Below are positions 63,040 to 64,000 of a stretch of DNA of 64,000 bases, in pieces (positions within the stretch are counted from its first letter, which is position 1; every line of letters starts with the position of its first letter). The notes under the pieces were generated by a model. That model made no database searches, was not told the DNA's origin, and saw only the letters and a list, made by a program, of their open reading frames with translations. The stretch comes from an uncultured Gammaproteobacteria bacterium. Lineage in GTDB: Bacteria > Patescibacteriota > Patescibacteriia > UBA9934 > CAMTUG01. Location of the stretch: positions 93,572-157,571 of the forward strand of contig CAZPQJ010000001.1 in assembly GCA_964588955.1 (NCBI GenBank), read 5' to 3'. The translations under genes were made by a program, and so were the position numbers.

Positions 63040-64000
63040 GCCAAAACGTCATCATTTTATCGTTTGGACGATCGGGATTCTGGCCGTGGTCGCGATTGCC
63101 CTTGCCTTGGCACCGAAGTCTGTTCAGCAGCTTGTCACCAACACGCCGGTGTTTCAGGCGATCGTGACGCCGTTTTCCGGGAGCTGGGAGAGTGATTTTG
63201 GTAACTCGGTGAAGTACCAGCCGTCGACCCAGACGATTAATCCCGCCATCGCCGTGGATTTTGATATGAGTGAAATCGGCAATGTCCAAGCGATGGAAGA
63301 TGCGTATGGTTTCACCTTTTCTGCCGACGAGCTCACGGCGCTCAGTAAGGATAAGTTTGTGGTCAAACCCATTACCGATACAACACTGCGCCCGCTGCAC
63401 TTTTCAGATGCGTCGCGTGAGTTTGCGGATTTGTACGCCCGGGTCTCCGGATCAGTCGATTATAAAACCCGCACCCAAGCCAACAGTCTCTTTTACTCCA
63501 CCGACGTCTTTTTCGACGCCTTCAACAATTTGTACACCGAGACGTTGAAAGAGATGGAGAACAATACGTTCTATCCGGCAATGAAAGATCTTTCCAAAAC
63601 GTTTTATGAAGCCGCGTCGGCTAAGCTGGCTGTTGCTACGACCGATGCCGACAAAAAAGAATGGTCCAAGTTGCGCGATTATTTTGCCGTGCCCTACGCC
63701 TTGTTTGAAACCGCTGCCGAGCCGCTCGCCGCTGGCGATTACTATGATGCGAATGGCAGCATTATTGATCCAGAAACGGTTCAAGCCGACTTTGCCACCA
63801 AAGACAAAGCGGTCGACACCTACGACAACGCGGCCAAGTTTGTTGATGGCCTCGGGCTCGACGAAGAACATAAAGCGATTGTTCTTGCTGATCTGCAATA
63901 CATCTTTAAAGCCGATTATCATTATCCGCCACAGGTGTTTGCCGATGAGTATCAAGATTACGCGGAGCAAGAAGGCGTTGCGTTTGAAGTCGACTTCACC
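63040..64000 (+). CDS. Hypothetical N-terminally membrane-anchored/secreted protein (partial; continues beyond the window)
   Basis: Hand translation from the ATG at 63040 gives more than 320 codons with no stop: MPKRHHFIVWTIGILAVVAIALALAPKSVQQLVTN... followed by a hydrophilic domain. It is absent from the supplied ORF list, presumably because no stop codon falls inside the window. Confidence 0.5.

Overview
This 64 kb window looks like a gene-dense chromosomal segment from a small-genome bacterium, about 50-55% GC, with short or overlapping intergenic spacers and tRNAs that encode their own CCA. It may be Patescibacteria/CPR-like, but that is inference, not shown by the sequence.

Most of the window is conserved housekeeping: aspS (3' end), scpAB, a D-Ala-D-Ala carboxypeptidase, a GT4 glycosyltransferase, a MacAB-like tripartite efflux set (HlyD adaptor, ABC ATPase, FtsX permease), a tRNA cluster (initiator tRNA-fMet, tRNA-Met/Ile2 CAU, tRNA-Leu CAA), parAB, a short Rel, pth-der, dprA-topA, an LCP protein, tRNA-Val, lepB, hisS, rpsU-yqeY, ybeY-dgkA, ftsA-ftsZ, nrdR, htrA, pyk, and a long minus-strand operon glmS-yvcK(glmR)-GNAT-aclB-aclA.

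The less ordinary content:
1. A cell-surface locus (26.7-41.1 kb): a 635-aa protein and a 3288-aa giant protein share a VirB2/TrbC-like pilin-type N-terminal transmembrane hairpin. The giant protein also carries TIG/Ig-like domains, about 13 Myxococcus-type cysteine-rich repeats and a C-terminal vWA/MIDAS domain. Three tandem membrane paralogs with thrombospondin-type-3 Ca-binding repeats follow, one holding a (GCTCCT)8 microsatellite.
2. A two-subunit ATP-citrate lyase (AclBA) that aligns closely with human ACLY, co-operonic with glmS and glmR.
3. A compositionally mosaic region at 58.4-62.9 kb beside tRNA-Asp. It contains a high-GC3 foreign-looking gene, a TIMP/NTR-like secreted protein, and a ~2.4 kb low-GC islet bounded by a 12-bp direct repeat that includes the tRNA-Asp 3' end. 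The islet carries two unknown genes, one with a PD-(D/E)xK-like nuclease motif, and is a candidate uncharacterised defence or mobile module.
4. A palindrome TTGARCACA-N3-TGTGTTCAA present three times (tRNA-cluster terminator, dprA start, ftsZ upstream).
5. A 36-nt GC-hairpin repeat present twice.
6. A roughly 190-nt GC-rich double-hairpin element between hisS and rpsU that may be a structured RNA.
7. A MITE-like inverted-repeat element upstream of ftsA.

I saw no rRNA, CRISPR array, integrase or transposase. All calls come from reading the ORF translations and DNA by eye; no database searches were run.
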